From: Candidatus Saccharimonadota bacterium
GTDB lineage: Bacteria; Patescibacteriota; Saccharimonadia; CAILAD01; BJGX01
Length of the DNA: 64,000 nt
Direction: 5' to 3'
Assembly: GCA_046350735.1 (NCBI GenBank)
Contig: JAXLZU010000001.1
Location: forward strand, 12,530-76,529
Below are positions 51,982 to 62,545 of this stretch, piece by piece. The notes beneath the pieces were generated by a model. The model was not told where the DNA came from. It made no database searches and saw only the letters and a list, made by a program, of their open reading frames with translations. Position numbers and translations under genes: made by a program. The number at the start of each line of letters is the position of its first letter. Positions within the stretch are counted from its first letter, which is position 1.

Positions 51982-52554
51982 ATGGAAGTTGAAGACCTTG
52001 GTCTAAATGGCGCACTACTGATAAAACCGACGATTTTTGGTGATGATCGAGGTTACTTTTTAGAAACCTACCGCCGCGAGGCCTATCGCGAGGCAGGGGT
52101 GATTCTTGATGAAGTTCAAATGAATCGTTCGCGTTCGAGCCATGGAGTGCTAAGAGCAATTCATTTTCAGCTCAGCCCTGGCCAGCCTAAGCTGGTAAGC
52201 TGTGCACATGGAGAAGTATTTAATGTAGCTGTAGATTTACGACTGCAGTCACCTACCTTTGGTATGTATGCCGGTGTAGCACTCACTGAGAGAAACGGCT
52301 ATCAACTGTATCTCCCAGTTGGTTTTGGTAATGGTTTTGTGGTGGTTTCAGATACCGCTTCGTATAACTATATTGTAGGCAGTCTCTACGACCCAGCTAA
52401 CGAGGCCGAAATTGCCTATAACGACCCCGATATTGATATCGATTGGCCAGTTGATGATCCAATTGTTTCTGAGCGCGACAAGCAAGCTCCACTTCTGAAA
52501 GATTTTGACTGGAGTAGGTGTACATGGCAAAACCAACCGACCTTATTTAGTTAA
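51982..52554 (+). CDS. rfbC: dTDP-4-dehydrorhamnose 3,5-epimerase
   Basis: DDRGYFLE, GVLRAIHFQ, AVDLR..SPTFG, DPDIDIDWP. Confidence 0.93.
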   Translation: MEVEDLGLNGALLIKPTIFGDDRGYFLETYRREAYREAGVILDEVQMNRSRSSHGVLRAIHFQLSPGQPKLVSCAHGEVFNVAVDLRLQSPTFGMYAGVALTERNGYQLYLPVGFGNGFVVVSDTASYNYIVGSLYDPANEAEIAYNDPDIDIDWPVDDPIVSERDKQAPLLKDFDWSRCTWQNQPTLFS

Positions 52555-52596
52555 TAAGGTCTTTTTTGTTATAATTACAGATAGAAAAGGAGCTTT

Positions 52597-53466
52597 GTGA
52601 AAGGAATTATTCTAGCTGGCGGGAGTGGCACCCGTTTATATCCAATTACTAAAGGTATTAGCAAGCAGCTAATGCCGATTTATGATAAACCAATGATTTA
52701 TTATCCGCTCAGTACGCTAATGATGGCAGGTATTAAAGATGTTCTTATTATTACTACCCCGCATGATAGTGATCAGTTTCAACGACTTTTAGGCGATGGT
52801 AGTGTGTTGGGTATTAATTTGCAGTATGCTGTTCAACCCAGTCCAGACGGTCTCGCCCAGGCATTTATTATTGGTGAGGAATTTATTGGTAACGATAAGG
52901 TTGCCCTTATATTGGGCGACAATATTTTTCATGGGCATGAGTTTGGCCTAAGCTTAAAAGAGTGCAGTAATCCAGACGGCGGAATTATCTTTGCCTATCA
53001 GGTATCAGACCCAGAGCGTTACGGTGTAGTAGAATTCGATAGTAATAAGCAAGCTCTTTCAATAGAAGAAAAACCCGCCAAACCAAAGTCTAATTATGCT
53101 GTTGTGGGCTTATATTTTTATGATAATGATGTAGTAGAAATTGCCAAAAATATACAACCAAGTGATAGGGGTGAGCTAGAAATAACTACCGTTAACGAAG
53201 AATATCTAAAACGTAAGAAATTGCAAGTACAGATAATGGAGGCTGGCTCCGCCTGGCTTGATACTGGTACTTTTGCTTCTATGATGGACGCTGCCGAATA
53301 TATTAGTGTTATAGAAAAAAGAACAGGATATAAGATAGGCTGTATAGAAGAGGTAGCATATCAGCAAGGGTTTATTACTAGGCGACAGTTAAACAAGCTT
53401 GCCGAACCACTTGTTAAGAGTGGATATGGAACATACCTCAATAAAATATTAGAGAAAGTAGAGTAA
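52597..53466 (+). CDS. rfbA: glucose-1-phosphate thymidylyltransferase
   Basis: [38 protein letters not shown]. Confidence 0.97.
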   Translation: MKGIILAGGSGTRLYPITKGISKQLMPIYDKPMIYYPLSTLMMAGIKDVLIITTPHDSDQFQRLLGDGSVLGINLQYAVQPSPDGLAQAFIIGEEFIGNDKVALILGDNIFHGHEFGLSLKECSNPDGGIIFAYQVSDPERYGVVEFDSNKQALSIEEKPAKPKSNYAVVGLYFYDNDVVEIAKNIQPSDRGELEITTVNEEYLKRKKLQVQIMEAGSAWLDTGTFASMMDAAEYISVIEKRTGYKIGCIEEVAYQQGFITRRQLNKLAEPLVKSGYGTYLNKILEKVE

Positions 53467-53470
53467 AAAA

Positions 53471-54169
53471 ATGAGAGTGGCATTTGTAATACCAGCTTAC
53501 AATGAAGCAACAGTAATTCCTAACGTCTTAAAAGACTTAAAAAAAGCTCTTGCCAAGACAAAATTAGATTATGAAATTGTTGTTGTTGACGATGGTAGTA
53601 GTGACAAGACAGGAGAAATTGTAAAAAATGAAGATGTTTTTGTAATCTCGCATATTCTTAATTCTGGTAGTGGTAGCGCTACGGCAACGGGACTCAGCTA
53701 TGCCCAACAAAGTGGATTTGATATCGCCGCTACTTTAGATGCGGATGGTCAGCATGATCCTAGTGAAGTAATTAAGGGTGTGGAATTAATCCAAAAGAAA
53801 AAAACCGACCTCCTTATAGGTAGTCGACTTATTAATTCTAAAGGGATGTCTAAAACAAAAGTTGCTGGCAATAAAGGTCTGAGCTATATTACCTTTTTAC
53901 TTTTTGGTATTAAGGTTACCGACTCACAGTCAGGGATGCGTATTTATTCTAAAAAAGCCCTAGATAATCTTAAGTGGAAAAGCAGTGGGTATGAGTTTTG
54001 CTCAGAAATGTTATGGCGAGCAAAACAGCAGAACATGAAAGTAGATGAATATCCAATTACTGCAATTTATACAGACTATTCAAAAGCAAAAGGCCAAAAT
54101 AATTGGAATTCATTTAATATTATTAAATCACTTTTGCAACGGAGAATAATGGAGGTGTTTGGTGAGTAG
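53471..54169 (+). CDS. glycosyltransferase family 2 (DPM1-like)
   Basis: IPAYNE, VDDGSSD, DADGQH, DSQSG. Confidence 0.93.
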   Translation: MRVAFVIPAYNEATVIPNVLKDLKKALAKTKLDYEIVVVDDGSSDKTGEIVKNEDVFVISHILNSGSGSATATGLSYAQQSGFDIAATLDADGQHDPSEVIKGVELIQKKKTDLLIGSRLINSKGMSKTKVAGNKGLSYITFLLFGIKVTDSQSGMRIYSKKALDNLKWKSSGYEFCSEMLWRAKQQNMKVDEYPITAIYTDYSKAKGQNNWNSFNIIKSLLQRRIMEVFGE

Positions 54170-54527
54170 ATATTTATTACTAGTTTTACTTAATACTCCA
54201 TTAATAATTTTAGGAATTACTAATGCTCTAGTGGCATACAAACTAGAACGTACTAGTCGAAGGAGATTTATATTCAGGCTAGTATTATGGCTTGGAATAT
54301 TTACTGGGTTAGTATTTGCAGAACCAATATATAACTTTTTATTTTCTAAGGGTCTGACACAAACTGAACCACTCAGTTTGTTTGATGTGATCCAAATAAC
54401 TGCGATTATACTAGTATTGTTTTTAGCTAATCTTGCTAATAGCCGAGTAGCTATATTAGAAAAACAAGTAAGAGACTTACATCAAGAGCTCTCTATTCGC
54501 CTTTCAGAAAAACAAAACAAAAAATAG
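54159..54527 (+). CDS. DUF2304-like small membrane protein
   Basis: Three TMs plus coiled C-terminus, downstream of a DPM1-like GT2. Confidence 0.6.
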   Translation: MVSRYLLLVLLNTPLIILGITNALVAYKLERTSRRRFIFRLVLWLGIFTGLVFAEPIYNFLFSKGLTQTEPLSLFDVIQITAIILVLFLANLANSRVAILEKQVRDLHQELSIRLSEKQNKK

Positions 54528-54572
54528 TTAGAATAATCAGGTTAAATCTGCTACTATACTAGATATAACTTT

Positions 54573-55616
54573 GTGGAGAATATGAGTAATTTTACGAATA
54601 AAACATTATTAATTACCGGAGGAACTGGCTCTTTCGGTAATACAGTTTTGCGTCGATTTTTAAAAACTGACATTAAAGAAATAAGAGTTTTTTCTCGAGA
54701 TGAGAAAAAACAAGATGATATGCGAAAAGCTTTGGCTAGTGAAAAAGTTAAGTTTTACATTGGGGATGTAAGAAACCCAGAAAGTATACATGATGCATTA
54801 GTTGGTGTGGATTATGTTTTTCACGCAGCGGCACTTAAACAGGTTCCATCATGTGAGTTCTTTCCAATGGAAGCAGTAAGGACTAATGTATTGGGGACTG
54901 ACAATGTATTGAATGCTGCCATTCGTGAAGGCGTAAAAAAGGTAGTGTGTCTGTCTACCGATAAAGCTGCTTACCCAATTAATGCTATGGGTACATCTAA
55001 GGCAATGATGGAGAAAGTAATTGTTGCCAAGTCTCGAACGGTTGACTCTAAAGATACAACCATCTCGGTTACGCGCTATGGGAATGTTATGGCCTCTCGT
55101 GGTTCAGTAATACCATTATTCATAGAGCAGATTAAAGCCGGCAAACCACTTACTATTACTGATCCTACTATGACTCGCTTTTTAATGAATTTAGATGAAG
55201 CAGTAGATTTGGTACTATTTGCTTTTGAAAATGCCAACCAAGGCGATTTATTTGTCCAGAAATCACCCGCCTCCACAATTGAAGTGTTGGCCCAAGCAGT
55301 AAAAGAACTATTTGAGGCAAAGAACGAGATAAAAATTATTGGTACTCGACATGGCGAAAAAAAAGATGAAACACTACTAACTAGAGAAGAACGTGTAAAA
55401 GCAGATGATTTAGGTGGATATTTTAGGGTTCCGGCCGATACTCGCGACCTTAATTATGGCAAATTTGTTGAAAATGGCGAACAGGGATTAGGGGAGGTTG
55501 TTGAATACACATCAGATAATACCGACAGGCTAAATGTTGAAGAAGTTAAGAATAAACTTCTTACTGTTGAGTATGTTAAAGCAGAGCTTGCAAATAAAAA
55601 AGGAGAATTACTATAA
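54573..55616 (+). CDS. UDP-GlcNAc 4,6-dehydratase (CapE/FnlA/WbjB type)
   Basis: TGGTGSFG, SRDEKKQ, AALKQVPSCEF, STDKA, RYGNVMASRGSV. Confidence 0.93.
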   Translation: MENMSNFTNKTLLITGGTGSFGNTVLRRFLKTDIKEIRVFSRDEKKQDDMRKALASEKVKFYIGDVRNPESIHDALVGVDYVFHAAALKQVPSCEFFPMEAVRTNVLGTDNVLNAAIREGVKKVVCLSTDKAAYPINAMGTSKAMMEKVIVAKSRTVDSKDTTISVTRYGNVMASRGSVIPLFIEQIKAGKPLTITDPTMTRFLMNLDEAVDLVLFAFENANQGDLFVQKSPASTIEVLAQAVKELFEAKNEIKIIGTRHGEKKDETLLTREERVKADDLGGYFRVPADTRDLNYGKFVENGEQGLGEVVEYTSDNTDRLNVEEVKNKLLTVEYVKAELANKKGELL

Positions 55617-56476
55617 AAACAAAAAATATTCTTGTTTTAGGTGCTGCCGGAATGGCAGGCCATGTAGTTTCGCTATACTTGCGGGAAGAGGGTTTTGATG
55701 TAAAAACCCTATCTGCACGTAATAAGCTAGACGAAAACACCACTCTCTTAGATGTTACAAATCCAGAAGATCTAAAAAACTATCTCAATAATAATAAGTT
55801 TGACGTAGTAGTTAACTGTATTGGTCTGCTTATTAAACAAAGTGAAGAACGAAAAGACCTAGCAGTGTATCTTAACTCTTATCTGCCGCACTTCTTAGAG
55901 AACTATTACAAAGATAGTAAGACAAAAATAATACATCTTAGTACTGATTGTGTTTTTTCCGGTAAGAACCCTCCATACAAAGAAGATAGCTGGTTTGATG
56001 GTGAGCTTTTTTATGACAGAAGTAAGGCTCTTGGTGAAATTATTAACGACAAAGACCTCACTTTTAGAATGTCTATTATTGGGCCTGATATGCAAGAGGA
56101 TGGTGTAGGATTGTTTAATTGGTTTTATGCTCAAAGTGGTGAGGTATTTGGGTATACTAAAGCGGTATGGAATGGAATTACTACTATTGAACTCGCTAAG
56201 GCAATTAAAGTTGCAATAGAAAAGAATCTGACAGGTCTCTACCAATTAGTCCCTAGTGGTAATATAACTAAATACAACCTATTGCAACTGTTTAAGAAAG
56301 AGTTTAATCGCAATGATATTACTATTAGCCCCAAAGAGGAAGTTGCTCTAGATAAAACACTTGTTAATACTAGAAAAGATTTTAACTTTAAAGTTTCTGA
56401 ATATCCAGATATGATAAAAGAGATGAGAATGTGGATAGAAAAACATAATAATTTATATAGGCACTACAAAAAATGA
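55613..56476 (+). CDS. RmlD-like NAD(P)-dependent sugar-nucleotide reductase; probable ATA start
   Basis: In-frame upstream extension gives IKTKNILVLGAAGMAGH (Rossmann); HLSTDCVFSG, YDRSKALGE. Confidence 0.85.
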   Translation: MKTKNILVLGAAGMAGHVVSLYLREEGFDVKTLSARNKLDENTTLLDVTNPEDLKNYLNNNKFDVVVNCIGLLIKQSEERKDLAVYLNSYLPHFLENYYKDSKTKIIHLSTDCVFSGKNPPYKEDSWFDGELFYDRSKALGEIINDKDLTFRMSIIGPDMQEDGVGLFNWFYAQSGEVFGYTKAVWNGITTIELAKAIKVAIEKNLTGLYQLVPSGNITKYNLLQLFKKEFNRNDITISPKEEVALDKTLVNTRKDFNFKVSEYPDMIKEMRMWIEKHNNLYRHYKK

Positions 56477-57243
56477 ATGATTTAAAAAAGATAGCAATTG
56501 AATGTTCAAATAAAATTATCAAGGCAAAAAAAAATGGAAAAGTTATACAAAAACCCTATAAACATTTGATAATAGACGATTTTTTTCCAAATGAATTGGC
56601 AAAAGATTGTCTAAATGCATTCCCAGATCTAGATGCAGATATTTGGGATAAGTCTAACGATCCTGATATTGAAATAAAGATGAGATCTAATTATCAATCT
56701 GAATTTGATTTTCCTAAAGAAATTAACAAAGTTGTAAGAATCATGAACTCATCTATGTTTCTAAAAGCCATGTCAGCAGCATTAGATATCCCTAAGTTAG
56801 TTCCCGATCCTTATTATTCAGGAGGCGGCCTGAATGTTACTGTTAGTGGCGGCCTCTTAGATGTGCATGTTGATGGTAATTATCATGATGCCACTGGTTT
56901 GAATAGGCGAGTCAATGCTATTCTTTTTCTTAACCCGGGGTGGAAAAAAGAATGGGGTGGTGAGTATGGTGTATATGATAATAAAGGAGAGGAACTAGTT
57001 GAGGCTGTTGCCCCACTTATGAATCGTTTGGTAATTTTTGATACTCATGACTTTTCATTTCACGGTACTCCAAACCCTATTAAATTTCCAAAAGGTACTG
57101 CCCGTAGATCCGTAATACTGTACTATTACACCAAAGAACCGCGGCCATCGAGCCAGATATCAGTAGAAAAACCACACAGTGCGTTATGGAAGAAAAAGAA
57201 TTTTACCGATAAAAAAGGTAATGTAACGCGAGAATATAAGTAG
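56473..57243 (+). CDS. 2OG-Fe(II) oxygenase
   Basis: PYKHLIIDDF, LDVHVD, RRVNAILFLN, SFHG, RRS. Confidence 0.85.
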   Translation: MNDLKKIAIECSNKIIKAKKNGKVIQKPYKHLIIDDFFPNELAKDCLNAFPDLDADIWDKSNDPDIEIKMRSNYQSEFDFPKEINKVVRIMNSSMFLKAMSAALDIPKLVPDPYYSGGGLNVTVSGGLLDVHVDGNYHDATGLNRRVNAILFLNPGWKKEWGGEYGVYDNKGEELVEAVAPLMNRLVIFDTHDFSFHGTPNPIKFPKGTARRSVILYYYTKEPRPSSQISVEKPHSALWKKKNFTDKKGNVTREYK

Positions 57244-57250
57244 GTATACT

Positions 57251-58387
57251 ATGAGTGAAAGTAAGTTAAAAGTAGCTACCATTATTGGCACTCGTCCTGA
57301 GATTATTAAGTTAGCACCAACAATAAAGGCATGCAATGAGTATTTTGAGCACATACTTATTCATACTGGTCAGAATTATGATTATACACTTAACGAAATT
57401 TTCTTTGAAGAACTTGGGTTGCGCAAACCAGATTACTTTTTAGAGTGCGTAGGTGAAAATTTAGGTGAGACAATGGGGAATGTAATTGCGAAATCATACG
57501 AAGTTTTACTAAAAGAACAGCCTGACGCAGTTCTGATCTTGGGTGACACTAATAGTGCACTCAGTGCAATCTCTGCCAAACGGCTAAAAATACCTATTTT
57601 CCACATGGAAGCTGGTAATAGGTGTTTTGATGAAAATTTGCCAGAAGAGATTAATCGTAAGATTGTAGACCACATTAGTGATATTAACTTGCCATATACA
57701 GAACATGCCCGCCGCAACTTAATAAGCGAAGGTTTACGCAAAGAACACATATTTGTAACTGGCTCACCAATGACAGAGCTTATAGAAAACCACAAAAAAG
57801 ATATAGAAAAAAGCCCTGTTCTCTCTAAGATTAAATTAGAAAAAGATAAATATATACTTGTATCAGCTCATCGTGAAGAAAATATTGATAATCCTGATAA
57901 TTTTAAATCTTTAATGAATGCAATAAATGATATTGCTGAGCAATATAAGCTACCGATTATATTTTCTACCCACCCGCGAACTCAAGATAGAATTAAAAAG
58001 AATAATTTTAAACTTCACCCATTAGTGCAAAGCTTAAAACCGTTTGGGTTTTTCGACTACAACAGACTACAACTAGATAGCTTCTGTGTATTATCAGATA
58101 GCGGTACATTAGCAGAAGAAGGTTCTATATTAGGATTCTATGGAGTTTCGTTACGTACCTCTACAGAAAGGCCAGAAGTGTTAGATAAAGGATCGTTTAT
58201 TGTGGGCGGTATTACCACTAAAGACATTACTCAGTCTATTGAGCTTGCACGTTCATTAAAACAAAATAATGGGCCAATTCTTTTAGCTGGCGACTATATA
58301 GACAAAAATGTTTCTGAGAAAGTAGTAAAAATCATTCAAAGCTATACCAAGATAATTAATCAGGTAGTTTGGCATAAATCTGAATGA
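57251..58387 (+). CDS. UDP-N-acetylhexosamine 2-epimerase (FnlC/CapG/WecB type)
   Basis: GTRPEIIK, HTGQNYD, GDTNS, HMEAGNR, PEEINR, DSG. Confidence 0.93.
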   Translation: MSESKLKVATIIGTRPEIIKLAPTIKACNEYFEHILIHTGQNYDYTLNEIFFEELGLRKPDYFLECVGENLGETMGNVIAKSYEVLLKEQPDAVLILGDTNSALSAISAKRLKIPIFHMEAGNRCFDENLPEEINRKIVDHISDINLPYTEHARRNLISEGLRKEHIFVTGSPMTELIENHKKDIEKSPVLSKIKLEKDKYILVSAHREENIDNPDNFKSLMNAINDIAEQYKLPIIFSTHPRTQDRIKKNNFKLHPLVQSLKPFGFFDYNRLQLDSFCVLSDSGTLAEEGSILGFYGVSLRTSTERPEVLDKGSFIVGGITTKDITQSIELARSLKQNNGPILLAGDYIDKNVSEKVVKIIQSYTKIINQVVWHKSE

Positions 58388-59610
58388 AAAAAAAGAAGAT
58401 TCTCATAATTTGTCAGCACTTTTGGCCTGAAGGGTTTCGTGTAAATGATATTTGCGATTATTTTGTAGAAAATAATTATGAAATAGAAGTATTGTGTGGT
58501 ATCCCAAACTACCCCAAAGGAAAGTTTTTTGATGGCTATTCTTATTTTAAAAATCGTCGACAGGTTCATCATAATGCAATTATTCATAGGACTTTTGAGA
58601 TTCCACGGGGTAATAATACAAATATAAAAATATTCCTTAACTATATATCTTTTCCGCTTGCTAGCTTGTTTCACATACCTAGGCTACTAACAAAACGCTA
58701 TGACAAAATTTTTATTTATCAATTATCACCAGTAATGATGAGCCTAGCAGGTGTTATTATTGGGCGCTTAAAAAAGATCGAGACTACAATGTATGTTCTA
58801 GATCTATGGCCAGAAAATTTATACTCAGTAATAGATGTCAAGAATAAAGCTATGCGTTGGCTTGCAGAAAAACATTCACACTGGTACTACAAAAAAGCCG
58901 ATAAACTGGTTGGCCTTTCTAATGCCATGCAAACTAAGCTACTTGAAGCTACGGGCAAGCCAAAAAACAGGGTAATTGTATTACCACAGGCCTGCGAGAA
59001 GGTATACGAAGAAACTATACACGACAAAGTACTTGCCAAACGTTTTTCAGACAGTTTTAACGTTTTGTTTGCTGGTAATATTAGCCCTGCTCAATCGTTT
59101 GAGACTATCCTGGAGGCTGCACAAATATTAAAGAACTCAGGGTTGAGAGATATTAATTGGATAATTGTGGGTGACGGCATGTCGCGTAATTGGCTAGAGA
59201 AAGAAGTAAATAACGCCGGGTTAAAAAATAATTTTTATTTTGAGGGCCACAAGCCAATTGGTGATATACCTAAATATACCGATATAGCAGATGTTTTAGT
59301 TGGGTGCTTAGTAAAGAGCAACTTACTAGAGGCTACTATACCGGCCAAAGTAATGAGTTATATTGCTGCTGGTAAACCTATAGTACTGGCGATGGATGGC
59401 GAAGTCCAAGAATTGATCAACAAAACAATTAAGTGTGGTTTTGTAGGGCCAACTGAAGATGCTAAACAGCTGGCCAATAATATAAAAAAGGTCTACACTA
59501 TGTCTGATTTACAAAGAAATGCGATGGGTAAAAGAGGTAGGAACTATCATATGAAACACCTTGAGAGAAATATAACATTAAACAAACTCCTCAATTTTAT
59601 GTTTAGTTAG
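58384..59610 (+). CDS. glycosyltransferase family 4 (WbuB/CapL-like)
   Basis: QHFWPE, PNYPKG, DLWPE, FAGNI, PAKVMSYIAAGKP. Confidence 0.9.
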   Translation: MKKKKILIICQHFWPEGFRVNDICDYFVENNYEIEVLCGIPNYPKGKFFDGYSYFKNRRQVHHNAIIHRTFEIPRGNNTNIKIFLNYISFPLASLFHIPRLLTKRYDKIFIYQLSPVMMSLAGVIIGRLKKIETTMYVLDLWPENLYSVIDVKNKAMRWLAEKHSHWYYKKADKLVGLSNAMQTKLLEATGKPKNRVIVLPQACEKVYEETIHDKVLAKRFSDSFNVLFAGNISPAQSFETILEAAQILKNSGLRDINWIIVGDGMSRNWLEKEVNNAGLKNNFYFEGHKPIGDIPKYTDIADVLVGCLVKSNLLEATIPAKVMSYIAAGKPIVLAMDGEVQELINKTIKCGFVGPTEDAKQLANNIKKVYTMSDLQRNAMGKRGRNYHMKHLERNITLNKLLNFMFS

Positions 59611-59631
59611 TTTTTTAGGTATAATAATTAA

Positions 59632-59985
59632 ATGCAGAAAATCTTATTACCACTATATGTATTAGCTACTTCAGCCGCACTAATTATTATCAAATTAAGT
59701 ACTGCAAATGGTGCTCCTATTTACTATCTTAATAACAAGCTTCACTTTAATATTAATTTACTTACAATTTTAGGGCTGGTATTGTACGTCGTTAGCTTTT
59801 TAACCTACTTATTGTTGATTTCTAAGTTTGAACTTGGTTATATTATTCCTCTTACTACAGGTCTTGTGTATATTCTTATTTTTACTGCCTCATACTTTAT
59901 CTTCAAAGAAGTATTTAGTGTTCCAAAAATATTAGGCATTACCCTAATAATTGCTGGTATTCTTTTGCTGAATTTAAAAAAATAG
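59632..59985 (+). CDS. small 4-TM DMT/SMR-like membrane protein (possible flippase subunit)
   Basis: Four TMs, FIFKE..S..KILGI.LII.GILLL. Confidence 0.65.
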   Translation: MQKILLPLYVLATSAALIIIKLSTANGAPIYYLNNKLHFNINLLTILGLVLYVVSFLTYLLLISKFELGYIIPLTTGLVYILIFTASYFIFKEVFSVPKILGITLIIAGILLLNLKK

Positions 59986-59989
59986 AACT

Positions 59990-61954
59990 ATGAAATCTTT
60001 TCTAAAGCCTTATAAACAAGCAGAAAAGTATTATGTTTGGATATTTCCAGCTATTAGTGTGCTTGTTTTCCTTATACTATGCATAGGTAAAATCCATGGT
60101 TCATCAATTGGTTTGTATGAGGCCACTGCTAACCCTGGCCTCAAAGATAAGAATTTACTCTTTGGTTTTCCTAGGCAGATTCGTAGCGACGAATGGGTGG
60201 TTAATTCTCCATTGCAATATGCCCAAAAAGCTACAAATTTTGCAAGTATCAATCCAAATATTGGTAATGGTCAAGATATGGCTATTGTGCTCGATATGCC
60301 AGTAGGTGACTGGAGTGTAATATTTAAACCGCAGAACATAGCCTTTTTGTTTTTACCGTTCTCTATAGCATTTTCATTTCATTGGTGGTTTATGCTACTC
60401 GCACTGTTAATTGGGGCATATCTGTTATTCAGAACACTAATACCTCCACCTAAAAATAACCTCTTAAGCGCTTTGCTTGCTACTGCATTTTCGTTTAGTC
60501 CTTTTATTATGTGGTGGTACACCAATGGTACCCTACTCTCAATTGCATATGTTTTTTGGATGTTATTCTTTTTTATTGAAATCTTAAAATGTACTAACCT
60601 CAAATACAAAATAGCATATGGTGTAGGATTGGCATATTTTGTGGTGTGCTTAGCACTAACATTCTATGCACCATTTATAATTGCAACTTGTTTAGCTGGG
60701 TTATTTATTGCGGCTGGCTATCTTTTTTCCCAGAAGAACCTAAAGAAATTTATTACAAAACAAAATATTCTCATTCTTTCCCTAGCAGTTTTTGCAGCAG
60801 CTATACTATTAGGAATTTTTTATATTATTCATAAAGAAGCAATACATTTGGTTCAGAGTACTGTTTATCCAGGGCGCAGAAGCAATGTAGATTCACCAGC
60901 CGAATTAAGTGCTCTCTTTGATGTATTTAAATTGTTTTTCCTGCAAAGTAAGGAATTTATTACACGAAACATGATTAACCAGAGCGAGGCATCAAATTTT
61001 GTCTATATGTTTATATATTTGTTAGTGCCTGCAGCTTACATAATTTATGAGGGTGTAAAGCACAAAAAAAATGATTGGTTTCTGATAATAATTAGTCTAG
61101 GCATAATTGTCTTTTTAACAAGAATGCTAGTACCGGCTGATACGGATTTTGTTTTTAAATTATTGCTCTTGGATAAGTCAGCCAAAAAACGACTTCTAAT
61201 TGGATTAGGAGTTTTAAATATTTCTTTTATTATAGCTATTATTCGAAACGTTAGACTTCGCGCAAAGCCGTTACCGAGGTTTGTAATTATTATCACTACG
61301 TTTACTACTACAGTAATGCTAATAGCGCAATACTTTATATTTATAAATAAGCTTGAATTTATTTCAAGTCATACGAAGCAATATATCATCATATTATCCA
61401 TACTTATATTATCTGCAATAGTCTTTCTTTTATATAAACGCACCGTTATCTATGCGGCTCTTTGCTTACTCTTAATAAGTATGGCAATGTCATTTTATAT
61501 TAATCCAATCTATAAGGAGGTTCCATTTGAGTATGATACGGTCGTAAAACGCATTTCTCAACAAAATGCAGCTCAATCGGGTACCTGGGTAGTATTAGAA
61601 AATATTACATTAGAACAGTATCCCCAAATGGCAGGTGCAAATTCTATTTCAGGTGTAATGATTTACCCACAATATGGTGTGTGGGAAGACTTCCCGAACT
61701 ATGAGCAGTATAAAGATATTGTAAATCGATATGCACACGTGACATTTAAACTGAACAACGAGAAAATGGATTATATATATTTAAACCAAGCTGATCTAAT
61801 GACGGTAAATATTGATCCATGTAATGCTTTTGCTCAACAACACATTATGTACTTTATAAGTACTAAAGTAGAGGTGAGTCCATGCATCAATCAGATTAAC
61901 AGATTTTATAATGGCCAGCAGCTTATATATATTTATAAGATCATAAAGATATGA
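59990..61954 (+). CDS. polytopic membrane protein, possible GT-C glycosyltransferase
   Basis: RQIRSDEW loop, many TMs, TVYPGRR; polysaccharide locus. Confidence 0.55.
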   Translation: MKSFLKPYKQAEKYYVWIFPAISVLVFLILCIGKIHGSSIGLYEATANPGLKDKNLLFGFPRQIRSDEWVVNSPLQYAQKATNFASINPNIGNGQDMAIVLDMPVGDWSVIFKPQNIAFLFLPFSIAFSFHWWFMLLALLIGAYLLFRTLIPPPKNNLLSALLATAFSFSPFIMWWYTNGTLLSIAYVFWMLFFFIEILKCTNLKYKIAYGVGLAYFVVCLALTFYAPFIIATCLAGLFIAAGYLFSQKNLKKFITKQNILILSLAVFAAAILLGIFYIIHKEAIHLVQSTVYPGRRSNVDSPAELSALFDVFKLFFLQSKEFITRNMINQSEASNFVYMFIYLLVPAAYIIYEGVKHKKNDWFLIIISLGIIVFLTRMLVPADTDFVFKLLLLDKSAKKRLLIGLGVLNISFIIAIIRNVRLRAKPLPRFVIIITTFTTTVMLIAQYFIFINKLEFISSHTKQYIIILSILILSAIVFLLYKRTVIYAALCLLLISMAMSFYINPIYKEVPFEYDTVVKRISQQNAAQSGTWVVLENITLEQYPQMAGANSISGVMIYPQYGVWEDFPNYEQYKDIVNRYAHVTFKLNNEKMDYIYLNQADLMTVNIDPCNAFAQQHIMYFISTKVEVSPCINQINRFYNGQQLIYIYKIIKI

Positions 61955-61976
61955 TATAGTCGGTAATGCTTAAATC

Positions 61977-62540
61977 ATGGGGGGGGTGAACGGTATGAAA
62001 AAAGGTAAAAAAAATAAAATTATAGTTCTTACTGTGCTAGCCGTATTGTTAATGGCTACTATTATTGTGGGAATAGTTATATATAAAAATCAACAAGCAA
62101 AAAAACTATCTGCTGCAAATCAACTACAATCAAATCAAGAAGAGGGTAGTAATACTGAAGATCAGAATAACCAGACAGAAAGTCAGTCAACCCCCACAAA
62201 TACTAGTACACCGCAAAATAACCAGACAAACTCTCCTTCAGTGCCTGAGAAACCTACATTTACAAAAAGTAGTGGTAATAATGGACCGATACCACAAAAT
62301 GTTTTAGTTGAGTTTGTCTGCACTACTTTGCCAGGGCTAGAATGTCAAATTATTCTCGTTAATAGTAATGGACAGAAAATTACCTTACCATTCAAGCCAG
62401 TAGCAGATAATGGTAGAGGACAATACTTCACGAGTTGGCAATGGAAAGGCCAGCAAGGTAACTGGTCAATAACTGCTCAATCCAAAAACAGTGAAGGTGG
62501 AACAAACACTTCCGAAAAGCAAACATTGGTGGTAAAATAA
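61977..62540 (+). CDS. hypothetical membrane-anchored protein with Q/N/T linker
   Basis: Basic N-terminus, TM, low-complexity linker, beta-rich C-terminus. Confidence 0.65.
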   Translation: MGGVNGMKKGKKNKIIVLTVLAVLLMATIIVGIVIYKNQQAKKLSAANQLQSNQEEGSNTEDQNNQTESQSTPTNTSTPQNNQTNSPSVPEKPTFTKSSGNNGPIPQNVLVEFVCTTLPGLECQIILVNSNGQKITLPFKPVADNGRGQYFTSWQWKGQQGNWSITAQSKNSEGGTNTSEKQTLVVK

Positions 62541-62545
62541 TAAGC

